From a virus (Duplodnaviria; Heunggongvirae; Uroviricota; Caudoviricetes), in IMG/VR virus record IMGVR_UViG_3300031952_004642: a stretch of DNA of 37,082 nt, one strand, 5' to 3'. The translations under genes and the position numbers were made by a program. Position 1 is the stretch's first letter. Every line of letters starts with the position of its first letter. Shown one piece after another: positions 26,570 through 33,902 of this stretch. A model generated the notes under the pieces. That model saw only the letters and a program-made list of their open reading frames with translations. It made no database searches and had not been told where the DNA came from.

Positions 26570-26995
26570 TTACCTCGGATGCGCACTGTAATCAAGATAG
26601 CTCGCACCAAAAATTTCAGACTTCAATGGAAGCCTTGCATCCTGAGCAGGAGTCTCAGCAAGTGATTTCTTCGCATCCTCAAGCGCACGCCAAACAGTCT
26701 TGGGAAGTATGCGACCCATCTCATCGATATCGGTATCATTCAAATCAGTGACCTCGACCTTCGATACAGTGTACATCAAACGCTTCCCGTCATAAAGGTC
26801 AATCATCGCTTGGTCAGGAGAGACCAGCGAGACAACAAGATGAAAAGGACTGCTCCTTCTCTTAGGAACAACATCCGAGACTGGCGGGACATCGACTGCC
26901 CCTGCGGGGGCATAGACTGGAACCACATCAAGCCTGTTCTCTGGCCTGAGCTTAGAACCATTCAGACCTGAAAGACGGGATGACCTTCTGACCAT
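26570..26995 (-). CDS. Tagged protein (MVRRSSRL)
   Basis: 141-aa ORF. Confidence 0.8.
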   Translation of the reverse strand: MVRRSSRLSGLNGSKLRPENRLDVVPVYAPAGAVDVPPVSDVVPKRRSSPFHLVVSLVSPDQAMIDLYDGKRLMYTVSKVEVTDLNDTDIDEMGRILPKTVWRALEDAKKSLAETPAQDARLPLKSEIFGASYLDYSAHPR

Positions 26996-27144
26996 TACTT
27001 CAGCCTCACACGATGTTTCTTCCTGTCAATGCCATTGAGAAAATCATCATATTCCTCTGGGCACTTGACTTTCTTGACCAGCTTATCATCTACAAAAACA
27101 TCAAACGGCTTCCTCGATACCCTGCGCATCCTTGAGCGTCGCAT
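26995..27144 (-). CDS. Tagged 49-aa microprotein (not in ORF track)
   Basis: MRRSRMRRVSRKPFDVFVDDKLVKKVKCPEEYDDFLNGIDRKKHRVRLK, with AGGTG RBS. Confidence 0.7.
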   Translation of the reverse strand: MRRSRMRRVSRKPFDVFVDDKLVKKVKCPEEYDDFLNGIDRKKHRVRLK

Positions 27145-27177
27145 ATTCAAACACCTGAATAATTCTTGAAAAGACCA

Positions 27178-27202
27178 TTTATAAATAACAACTAAAATGG
27201 CA
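27178..27202 (-). promoter_or_regulatory. Array promoter
   Basis: TTTATAAATAACAACTAAAATGGCA. Confidence 0.7.
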
Positions 27203-27213
27203 TAGAATCAGCT

Positions 27214-27585
27214 TCAATCATTTTCGGCAATGAACTTCCTTTGCTTAGCCATCTCACGCTTGGCACGGACATCGCTCACCACAACATAACCTAAAGCGGG
27301 AAGGCCTAGAGAAAGTCCCAGAGATGGAGCACCTAATGCCACACCAGCAACGAGCATCGAAGAAAACATACCACCTGTCAGGACTCCAGTCGTGACGGCA
27401 TTCTGCTTGTCCAAAGGCATCTTGTGAAAATTGTTCATGAACTTTTCCTCAAGCACATGAATGGGATGACCAGTTGTCGCAGATATATGTGCAAGAGCAT
27501 GACGCAACTTGGTCTTGAAGTGAACAGAGTGATGCCTATGTGCAACACCACGTAAACCAGACCTCGATAATCTTGACCTGCGCAT
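27214..27585 (-). CDS. Tagged two-TM protein (MRRSRL)
   Basis: Start ATG 27585; C-terminal hydrophobic hairpin. Confidence 0.75.
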   Translation of the reverse strand: MRRSRLSRSGLRGVAHRHHSVHFKTKLRHALAHISATTGHPIHVLEEKFMNNFHKMPLDKQNAVTTGVLTGGMFSSMLVAGVALGAPSLGLSLGLPALGYVVVSDVRAKREMAKQRKFIAEND

Positions 27586-27608
27586 TATTTTATTCTTACA
27601 CAAATCCA

Positions 27609-27634
27609 TTTAAAAATAAGACTGAAAATGGCAG
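27609..27634 (-). promoter_or_regulatory. Array promoter
   Basis: TTTAAAAATAAGACTGAAAATGGCAG. Confidence 0.75.
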
Positions 27635-27638
27635 GACA

Positions 27639-28217
27639 TCAGCCACCGATTACAGGAACATATCTTGTCTCGAAGAATTCTCGCAGCTCACGGACTTCGC
27701 TACGAACATGCCAGAAAGGCTTCTCATTTGGATTCTCTATGATTTCATCAGCGATTCTGCGCATTATCCCAAGCGAACGCCTCGCCATCTCAAGGTTCAC
27801 AACATCCTTCTCATCCTCAGGCTTCACATTCTTCAGCTCGAGCTCCAGCATATCAACCTCATCCCTGACACGCTTGGCGTTCTTGACCATCCCAGAATCA
27901 TTCAAAGCCTCATAAGGCCCGATGTCACGTTCATATTCATTGACATCCTTTTCAAGCAGGCCAATCTCTTCTTCAATATGAGGAATCTCTGAATGCCCCT
28001 TCCATTGCATCGATTTCATCACAGAACCAAAAATGCAATGAGCCTCCTCATTAATACGTCCAACACCAACCTGATATTCTGTCTTTTTAGAATAGTTAGC
28101 ACAACCACCAATCTTATCAAACATATGATGATAGAGAGCAGTAAGCAAACGACCACGTTCTGAAACACGCTTCAACGAAGACCCACCAGAACTCAAAAGG
28201 CGTGATTTCCGCTTCAT
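27639..28217 (-). CDS. Tagged coiled-coil protein (MKRKSRL)
   Basis: 192-aa ORF. Confidence 0.8.
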   Translation of the reverse strand: MKRKSRLLSSGGSSLKRVSERGRLLTALYHHMFDKIGGCANYSKKTEYQVGVGRINEEAHCIFGSVMKSMQWKGHSEIPHIEEEIGLLEKDVNEYERDIGPYEALNDSGMVKNAKRVRDEVDMLELELKNVKPEDEKDVVNLEMARRSLGIMRRIADEIIENPNEKPFWHVRSEVRELREFFETRYVPVIGG

Positions 28218-28237
28218 AAAAATAATTAATCAGCGGC

Positions 28238-28262
28238 TTTTAAATGGTATCGAAAATGGCAG
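28238..28262 (-). promoter_or_regulatory. Array promoter
   Basis: TTTTAAATGGTATCGAAAATGGCAG. Confidence 0.75.
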
Positions 28263-28391
28263 ATAAAACCAGAAAAAAGTTGAAAATCAAGCCGATATAT
28301 GTCGATTTTGGTCAAAACATTTATAAAGCCTCATGTTAATTATATACTGGGTAGTAGTAATTTACTATCCTAAACTTGAAGAGGTGAAAAT

Positions 28392-29804
28392 ATGAAAGTT
28401 GCAAAGGAGTGGTTCAGCGTCGACACAAAAGGATTGCGAGCATTGCAAGAAGGCAAATCAAAGACCTTCGTGTTGCGGGAACTGGTACAGAATTGCTTCG
28501 ATGAGAACATCAGCGAGTGTTCCGTGAACATCATCAAGGACGGAAAGAAAATAAGAATGACAATCCATGATGACTCACCCGAAGGATTCAAAGACATCAG
28601 CCACGCATACACGCTCTTCGCAGACACGGACAAACGCAAAGACCCAGAAAAACGTGGGAGATTCAACCTCGGAAACAAAGAAGCCTTCTCGGTATGCAAC
28701 AAAATCGAGCTCACAACTACCAAAGGAACGCTCGTGTTCGACAACGATGGACGGCACAGCTCACGAACGAAAACCAGCAAAGGAACTGACATAACGGTCG
28801 AGTTCATCGGCTCGCAGGATGACATAGCAGAAATAATCAGCTATGCGAAAATCCTGCTCGTGCCAAAGGACATCCGATTCACAGTGAACGGCAATCGCAT
28901 AGAAAGCGAATCGCCGCTCAAAGTGACCGAGACAGAACTCAGCACCGAATTCGAGCAGAACGGAACTTTCAGGAAGACGGTCAGGAAGACGAAGCTGGAA
29001 GTCTATGAAAAGATTGGCAAAGCTTATCTGTACGAGATGGGCCTGCCAGTCTGCGAGATTGACTGCCAATTCTCCGTGAACGTCCAGCAGAAAGTTCCAT
29101 TGAGCTTCGACCGAGAAACCGTCCCAACGGCATATCTGCAAGACGTGTTCGCCGAGGTGCTGAACATGACGCACGAGCTGATAGAACCAGAGCACGCATC
29201 GGACTTGTGGGTCAGAGAAGCAACCAGAGACGAGCGAGCACAACCCGAGGCGATAAACGACGTTATACACAAACGCTTCGGCGAGAAGGTCTGCATAGCG
29301 AACCCATTCGACCCCATCAGCATAGATGATGCACTAAGCCGTGGCTACAAGGTAGTCAGCGGCTCGGAGCTCAGCAAAGAAGAGTGGTCGAACATCAAAA
29401 ATGCAGAGCTGATGAAAAGCTCATCGGAGCTGTTCGGCAGGAACGGAGTCGCAGCACCAGAGGTCGCACCAACCCAAGATATGAAACGTGTCGCAGAGCT
29501 TGCAAAGAAAATCGCAAAGAGAATACTGAACATAGACCTGAAAGTCAGGTTCATCAAACATCAACAGGTATTCCCAGCGATGTACGAAAGAGAACACCAA
29601 GTCCTGACATTCAACACAGCAAAGCTTGGCAACAGGTTCTTTGCAGAACCAGTGAGCACACCAGTAATCGACATAATCATTCACGAACTCGGGCACTCAA
29701 AAGGAATGCACACAGAACAAGCGTATCACGACTGCCTGACCAAGCTCGGCGCTGAACTCACAATAATCGCTTTGAGAGACCCTTCGTTCTTTGGTCTCTC
29801 TTGA
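28392..29804 (+). CDS. GHKL ATPase fused to a C-terminal HExxH zincin-like domain
   Basis: LRELVQNCFD (N-box), DDSPEGF (G1), RGRFNLGNK (G2), KGT (G3) and IIIHELGH. Untagged, opposite strand, GAGGTGA RBS. Confidence 0.85.
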   Translation: MKVAKEWFSVDTKGLRALQEGKSKTFVLRELVQNCFDENISECSVNIIKDGKKIRMTIHDDSPEGFKDISHAYTLFADTDKRKDPEKRGRFNLGNKEAFSVCNKIELTTTKGTLVFDNDGRHSSRTKTSKGTDITVEFIGSQDDIAEIISYAKILLVPKDIRFTVNGNRIESESPLKVTETELSTEFEQNGTFRKTVRKTKLEVYEKIGKAYLYEMGLPVCEIDCQFSVNVQQKVPLSFDRETVPTAYLQDVFAEVLNMTHELIEPEHASDLWVREATRDERAQPEAINDVIHKRFGEKVCIANPFDPISIDDALSRGYKVVSGSELSKEEWSNIKNAELMKSSSELFGRNGVAAPEVAPTQDMKRVAELAKKIAKRILNIDLKVRFIKHQQVFPAMYEREHQVLTFNTAKLGNRFFAEPVSTPVIDIIIHELGHSKGMHTEQAYHDCLTKLGAELTIIALRDPSFFGLS

Positions 29805-29816
29805 ATTCTTAATTAA

Positions 29817-29915
29817 TCATGTATCTCGATGTGCTTCAATATCAATTTCTTCCATCCGTTTCCACATACACATATGCTTCTTTTTATGTTTCTTCGGAAG
29901 TCTAGAACGCTTCAT
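29817..29915 (-). CDS. Tagged 32-aa microprotein (not in ORF track)
   Basis: MKRSRLPKKHKKKHMCMWKRMEEIDIEAHRDT; ATGA overlap. Confidence 0.65.
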   Translation of the reverse strand: MKRSRLPKKHKKKHMCMWKRMEEIDIEAHRDT

Positions 29916-30304
29916 GACTTCACCTTCTTCAAAATACGAGCAGCAGACATCTTCATGAACTCTTTCTGAACCTCAACCATATGCTGCTCGAGAGTAGGCG
30001 AATCAGCATAACCCTGAAAATTAGCTTTGTTCAAATCGTATCGGCCTTTGTAAACATCACCATTTCCGAAAGCAACTTCAAATCCAATCTTATGATAACC
30101 TCCTTTGACATCAGGAGCAGTCGCTCTCCAAGCATCAAGAATCTTGTTCGCTTCAGCGAAGCTTTTGACTGTCACAGGCTTCATACATTCTTCGGTGCGG
30201 CCTTCCCAGCGAGTCAGAACTATCTGCTTCACGGAAGGGAAGGTCTCCAGCCTCATCAGCTTCCTCGAAAACAATTTCTTCTTGAGACGTGAACGCTTGA
30301 CCAT
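29912..30304 (-). CDS. Tagged LPD25-like protein (MVKRSRL)
   Basis: GYHKIGFEV.F..G..YKGRYDL resembles large-polyvalent-protein domain LPD25 (from memory). Confidence 0.6.
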   Translation of the reverse strand: MVKRSRLKKKLFSRKLMRLETFPSVKQIVLTRWEGRTEECMKPVTVKSFAEANKILDAWRATAPDVKGGYHKIGFEVAFGNGDVYKGRYDLNKANFQGYADSPTLEQHMVEVQKEFMKMSAARILKKVKS

Positions 30305-30305
30305 A

Positions 30306-30455
30306 TCAAGACCTCTGACCTGCCAACCACATCATCCGAGCGGTCTTCTTTTTAACCTTGGCATTTTTCATTAACATTTTGACTTCCAACTCTTCATTCT
30401 TATCTGCAAAAGTCAATGATTTCAATGATACCCTAGAAAGACGTGAACGCTTCAT
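30306..30455 (-). CDS. Tagged 49-aa microprotein (not in ORF track)
   Basis: MKRSRLSRVSLKSLTFADKNEELEVKMLMKNAKVKKKTARMMWLAGQRS. Confidence 0.7.
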   Translation of the reverse strand: MKRSRLSRVSLKSLTFADKNEELEVKMLMKNAKVKKKTARMMWLAGQRS

Positions 30456-30649
30456 TTCAACACCTTTTTGAGTTTAACAACCATGTAATCTCTACCACGT
30501 GAATCAGGCAATGCTATCGCAGATTCTAACTTCCAACCAGAAGGAATATCAAAAAGAGCAACCTTCGTTAGATGTTCCTTCCCAGCATAGCGCAGCCTTT
30601 TGATTTTCTGCAAAGAGCCACCATGAGAAAGTCGTGAACGTTTTACCAT
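30452..30649 (-). CDS. Tagged small protein (MVKRSRL)
   Basis: 65-aa ORF. Confidence 0.8.
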   Translation of the reverse strand: MVKRSRLSHGGSLQKIKRLRYAGKEHLTKVALFDIPSGWKLESAIALPDSRGRDYMVVKLKKVLK

Positions 30650-30653
30650 AATA

Positions 30654-30938
30654 TCACTTAGACACTTTGACTATCTCAGCCACATCCCCAAGCCTTACTT
30701 TCTTCCAAGGCGCAGGCCTCGTGTAACCTTTCGGCATTTTCTCAAGACACTTCCAGACAGGATTAGAGTCTAATGGATTTTTCCAGCTACAACCCTTGCA
30801 ACTCGGATATATATCTCCCCAATGATTAGTCCCCTGCATCTCTACACGACCACATCTGGTGCACCGATAACGCTTCATCGAATACGGGCCAGTAGTCATC
30901 AGACGAGTGGATTTTGGGAGACGTGAACGCTTGACCAT
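30654..30938 (-). CDS. Tagged Zn-finger protein (MVKRSRL)
   Basis: CTRC...TNH...CKGC...VWKC. Confidence 0.8.
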   Translation of the reverse strand: MVKRSRLPKSTRLMTTGPYSMKRYRCTRCGRVEMQGTNHWGDIYPSCKGCSWKNPLDSNPVWKCLEKMPKGYTRPAPWKKVRLGDVAEIVKVSK

Positions 30939-30939
30939 A

Positions 30940-31257
30940 TCAACCAGACCTCTTCTTCACAGCTTCCCTGAGCATGTAAGTCAATACATAACTCGGACGC
31001 TGAGACAGCATATCAGGCTTTTTCAGTGATTCATTCCACCACATGAGAACACGGTCTTGCATTTCCTTTCTACCATGACTCAAACCAGCATCTTTTGAAG
31101 AACGAGTTTCCAATGTAACAATATCATCTAGCTTATAAGCAGCACCAATATTACGCAAATAAGATTTAAGCGCATCAAAAGATTCAAATTTCAAACGACC
31201 CTTAGGCTTTCGGACTATCACAGAGCCACCACGAGAAAGTCGTGAACGCTTGACCAT
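30940..31257 (-). CDS. Tagged protein (MVKRSRL)
   Basis: Start ATG 31257. Confidence 0.8.
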   Translation of the reverse strand: MVKRSRLSRGGSVIVRKPKGRLKFESFDALKSYLRNIGAAYKLDDIVTLETRSSKDAGLSHGRKEMQDRVLMWWNESLKKPDMLSQRPSYVLTYMLREAVKKRSG

Positions 31258-31258
31258 A

Positions 31259-31498
31259 TCAAACACCCAACCGCTGAGCCCGCTTCAAAGAATCTCCTTT
31301 GCGGATTCCCCTATGCCTAGCTTCAGCTTCGACCACCTTAGACATCATCCTGCCAGCCTTTGTCTTCTTGTCGATTCCCTCAGACTTCGGGTCATCTAGG
31401 ATATTCTCAATGACATAATCAGGCTCTCTACAAAACTGGGATTCCAAACCCTGCTTCACCAGCCTGCAAGATTTTGGAAGACGTGACCTGCGAACCAT
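31259..31498 (-). CDS. Tagged protein (MVRRSRL)
   Basis: Start ATG 31498. Confidence 0.8.
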   Translation of the reverse strand: MVRRSRLPKSCRLVKQGLESQFCREPDYVIENILDDPKSEGIDKKTKAGRMMSKVVEAEARHRGIRKGDSLKRAQRLGV

Positions 31499-31499
31499 A

Positions 31500-31580
31500 T
31501 CAACCTCTTCCTTTAGCCAGAGACTTGAAAAAAGCACCAAGCTTGCCGCCAACACGCTTCATCCTTCTGCGCCTTGCCAT
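31500..31580 (-). CDS. 26-aa basic microprotein (not in ORF track)
   Basis: MARRRRMKRVGGKLGAFFKSLAKGRG; first ORF after the promoter; ends with an RBS for the next gene. Confidence 0.55.
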   Translation of the reverse strand: MARRRRMKRVGGKLGAFFKSLAKGRG

Positions 31581-31601
31581 TATTGATATGCCCCAAGATG
31601 G

Positions 31602-31627
31602 TTTAAAAATACCACCTAAAATGGCAG
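31602..31627 (-). promoter_or_regulatory. Array promoter
   Basis: TTTAAAAATACCACCTAAAATGGCAG. Confidence 0.75.
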
Positions 31628-31629
31628 GA

Positions 31630-32220
31630 CTACTGGTCATCAGCATTCTCGCCGTATCCTACCCATGTATCACCATCAGGCGAATCTGAAACATCTTCAA
31701 CGGCATCACCATGAAGAATCCGATATGAGCCCTTAAGCCAGACACACTTCAGGAAAAGATAATAGCTTTCAACATCCTCATTCGGAAACGGGAAACGGAA
31801 ACTCCGCTGGAGCACCAGCTCTGGCAAGAAGAAATGCAAATTGCATTTACCACAAGAAACAAAAGCTAGGCGCTCCTTCTCATTCGGATTCGACCAGACA
31901 AGCTTTTCATCTAGATTCACAACAGGCTTGACGACCTTCGGCCTCACCCATTCAACATCAGACTTACAATGAGGGCAAACGATGACACGGAACCCATGAA
32001 CATTGAAAACGATATCCTTGGCACGGTTGAGCATGTCATTGTAGGCATACTCACCATCATCAAGATTCTCAGAAGGCCTTCTAGGATAAACATTATCAGG
32101 CTGCTCCATCAGCTCAACAACAGTCTTCGGAATCTCTGAAGCTTTCTTTGGCATACCATCCACGAACACACCAAGAAGATTCTGCGAAGGCGGGTTCACT
32201 TTACGCTTTCGCAAAGACAT
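31630..32220 (-). CDS. Zn-ribbon protein
   Basis: CPHC...CGKC. Confidence 0.75.
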   Translation of the reverse strand: MSLRKRKVNPPSQNLLGVFVDGMPKKASEIPKTVVELMEQPDNVYPRRPSENLDDGEYAYNDMLNRAKDIVFNVHGFRVIVCPHCKSDVEWVRPKVVKPVVNLDEKLVWSNPNEKERLAFVSCGKCNLHFFLPELVLQRSFRFPFPNEDVESYYLFLKCVWLKGSYRILHGDAVEDVSDSPDGDTWVGYGENADDQ

Positions 32221-32447
32221 CAGTTCACCTCACAAAAGTCATTAGAAAAGCTTGTTTCCCATGGAGAAAACTGGTCGATTTCACGAAAAAACTCAAAGAT
32301 TTCCACTTTATCGAGCACGAAATACCAGCCAAGCTCAAACAGGCAATCAGCGCAGATATCATAAACGATATCTTCACCATCTTCATCAAGGTCATCGGAA
32401 TCCCTGTAATCAACAAAATCACACCACGGACACGCATATAAAGTCAT
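32220..32447 (-). CDS. Small acidic Zn-finger protein
   Basis: CPWC...CADC, Asp-rich. Confidence 0.65.
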   Translation of the reverse strand: MTLYACPWCDFVDYRDSDDLDEDGEDIVYDICADCLFELGWYFVLDKVEIFEFFREIDQFSPWETSFSNDFCEVN

Positions 32448-32599
32448 AAGAATTCGCTTCCCTTCTCATCAGTTATAAAGATACCCACAAGACGTAATTT
32501 CCTTTTTACGAGCTCATAACTATCCTTATTTTTACACTCTATTCGAATCTTGAAAACACCATTTTGATACACGGCATACGCTGCAATCACTCCACGCAT
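32444..32599 (-). CDS. 51-aa hypothetical protein (not in ORF track)
   Basis: MRGVIAAYAVYQNGVFKIRIECKNKDSYELVKRKLRLVGIFITDEKGSEFL; fills the gap with an ATGA overlap. Confidence 0.55.
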   Translation of the reverse strand: MRGVIAAYAVYQNGVFKIRIECKNKDSYELVKRKLRLVGIFITDEKGSEFL

Positions 32600-32610
32600 A
32601 ATAAAGTCCT

Positions 32611-33168
32611 TCAGCCCAAAGTTCTACGCCTGCTTCTGGGCCTAGCAGCACCTTTCTCCCAACCCCTGAAAGGAATACCAAAAGATGTAGCCAAATATTT
32701 CTTGTACCTGTAGTAACCCGCTCCACGGCTAAGACGCTTAGCATTGAGCAGCTTCGAATATTCCCCATGCTGAAGAATTCCTTTGAATTTCATATCGAAT
32801 ACAGCCTGTTCTGTGCCTGTCCATTTCTTGTATTGATATTCTGCCTGCCCAGAAGTCAGACCCTGCGTCTCGGCAAGGCGGTAATACTCACTCACGGAAA
32901 GCAATCCACGCTCACGCATGGCGAGCAGCGTAACCATATGGGTCTCTGGCGGCAGCATACCCCATTCCTGAAATGCTTGGTCTATGAGCTGACCACGGCC
33001 TTCATGTCCGAGATTCGCAAGGTACTTATCACGACGAAAGATTCCACGAAGGTAGTCCTCGAGAGAAGCACGTGTACTGAACCGTGATACATCTACATTG
33101 TGAAGAATTCTGGCCCTGCTCCAGATACGGTCTGGTTCATAATCCCGTCCACGTATTCTCAGAGGCAT
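32611..33168 (-). CDS. Hypothetical protein with an internal helical repeat
   Basis: EYYRLAETQGLTSGQAEYQYKKW ~ EYSKLLNAKRLSRGAGYYRYKKY. Confidence 0.7.
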   Translation of the reverse strand: MPLRIRGRDYEPDRIWSRARILHNVDVSRFSTRASLEDYLRGIFRRDKYLANLGHEGRGQLIDQAFQEWGMLPPETHMVTLLAMRERGLLSVSEYYRLAETQGLTSGQAEYQYKKWTGTEQAVFDMKFKGILQHGEYSKLLNAKRLSRGAGYYRYKKYLATSFGIPFRGWEKGAARPRSRRRTLG

Positions 33169-33902
33169 AACAACACACCATTCAATTGCATCTTAATATT
33201 GGTGAACATGCTTTTTAACTTTAACATGAAAGTACGATTCCATCCCATAGTCGTATTATAATGGATTACTCCCAGTTCTGGTAATGTATCAAGATTAGGA
33301 ATATACATACCTTTCCATTCAGGAACACCATAATATTTCCTCAGAAAATCATACATAGCGAGATTAGTCTCCCTACCAGTCTCAGCAAAGACCACTTCAC
33401 GAAGTTTTGGAATATCCTTGAGCATCTGACCATCCTCAGAGTACTTCGGAAAGATACGAAGAACGTAAGTTCTATAATTAAAGCGAATCGGAACCAGCCG
33501 AAAATTTTCATCCGCATGTGTATTCCCCACAATTTCACAAACCTCAGAAAAAGTTCCCTTCTGGCAAAATATCACATGGTAGTTCGAATATTCATCTCCA
33601 ACGATATTATAATCAGCATCACCAGACCGCAAAATAACAGCAGTGCCCATATCATAGTTTTTCTGGCAAAGCTTCACATCTCTCTTAACAACACTGTACA
33701 TACAATCATCATAATCTAAAAACAAGCAATGAGAATTCAAGTCATCACCAACACAACGAGACGTTATGCCCATTGTTGAAATCTGTGGCGAAAGGGCCAG
33801 CAACGAATAATAGTGCAACCATGAAAACAGTTTAACCTGCAATTTTATCGTGCTATTATTAACAGAAAGACGAAACACATCACGGACAACTATCTTTGGC
33901 AT
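33159..33902 (-). CDS. AEP-superfamily primase/polymerase-like protein
   Basis: Motif I hFLDYD, motif II S...NYHV, motif III-like HAD; adjacent to the helicase module. Confidence 0.55.
   Translation of the reverse strand: MPKIVVRDVFRLSVNNSTIKLQVKLFSWLHYYSLLALSPQISTMGITSRCVGDDLNSHCLFLDYDDCMYSVVKRDVKLCQKNYDMGTAVILRSGDADYNIVGDEYSNYHVIFCQKGTFSEVCEIVGNTHADENFRLVPIRFNYRTYVLRIFPKYSEDGQMLKDIPKLREVVFAETGRETNLAMYDFLRKYYGVPEWKGMYIPNLDTLPELGVIHYNTTMGWNRTFMLKLKSMFTNIKMQLNGVLLCL

Noticed and set aside
14046-31580. CRISPR array or integron attC sites from the recurring GACGTGAACGCTT repeats
   Set aside because: The repeats are coding (the tag), vary synonymously, are irregularly spaced and lack attC-type inverted boxes. 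No integrase or cas gene is present in the window.
14046-31580. Tag as a eukaryotic nuclear localisation signal, and GCCATTTT as a YY1 site
   Set aside because: Promoters, RBSs and BHB introns indicate an archaeal host. The resemblance is likely coincidental.
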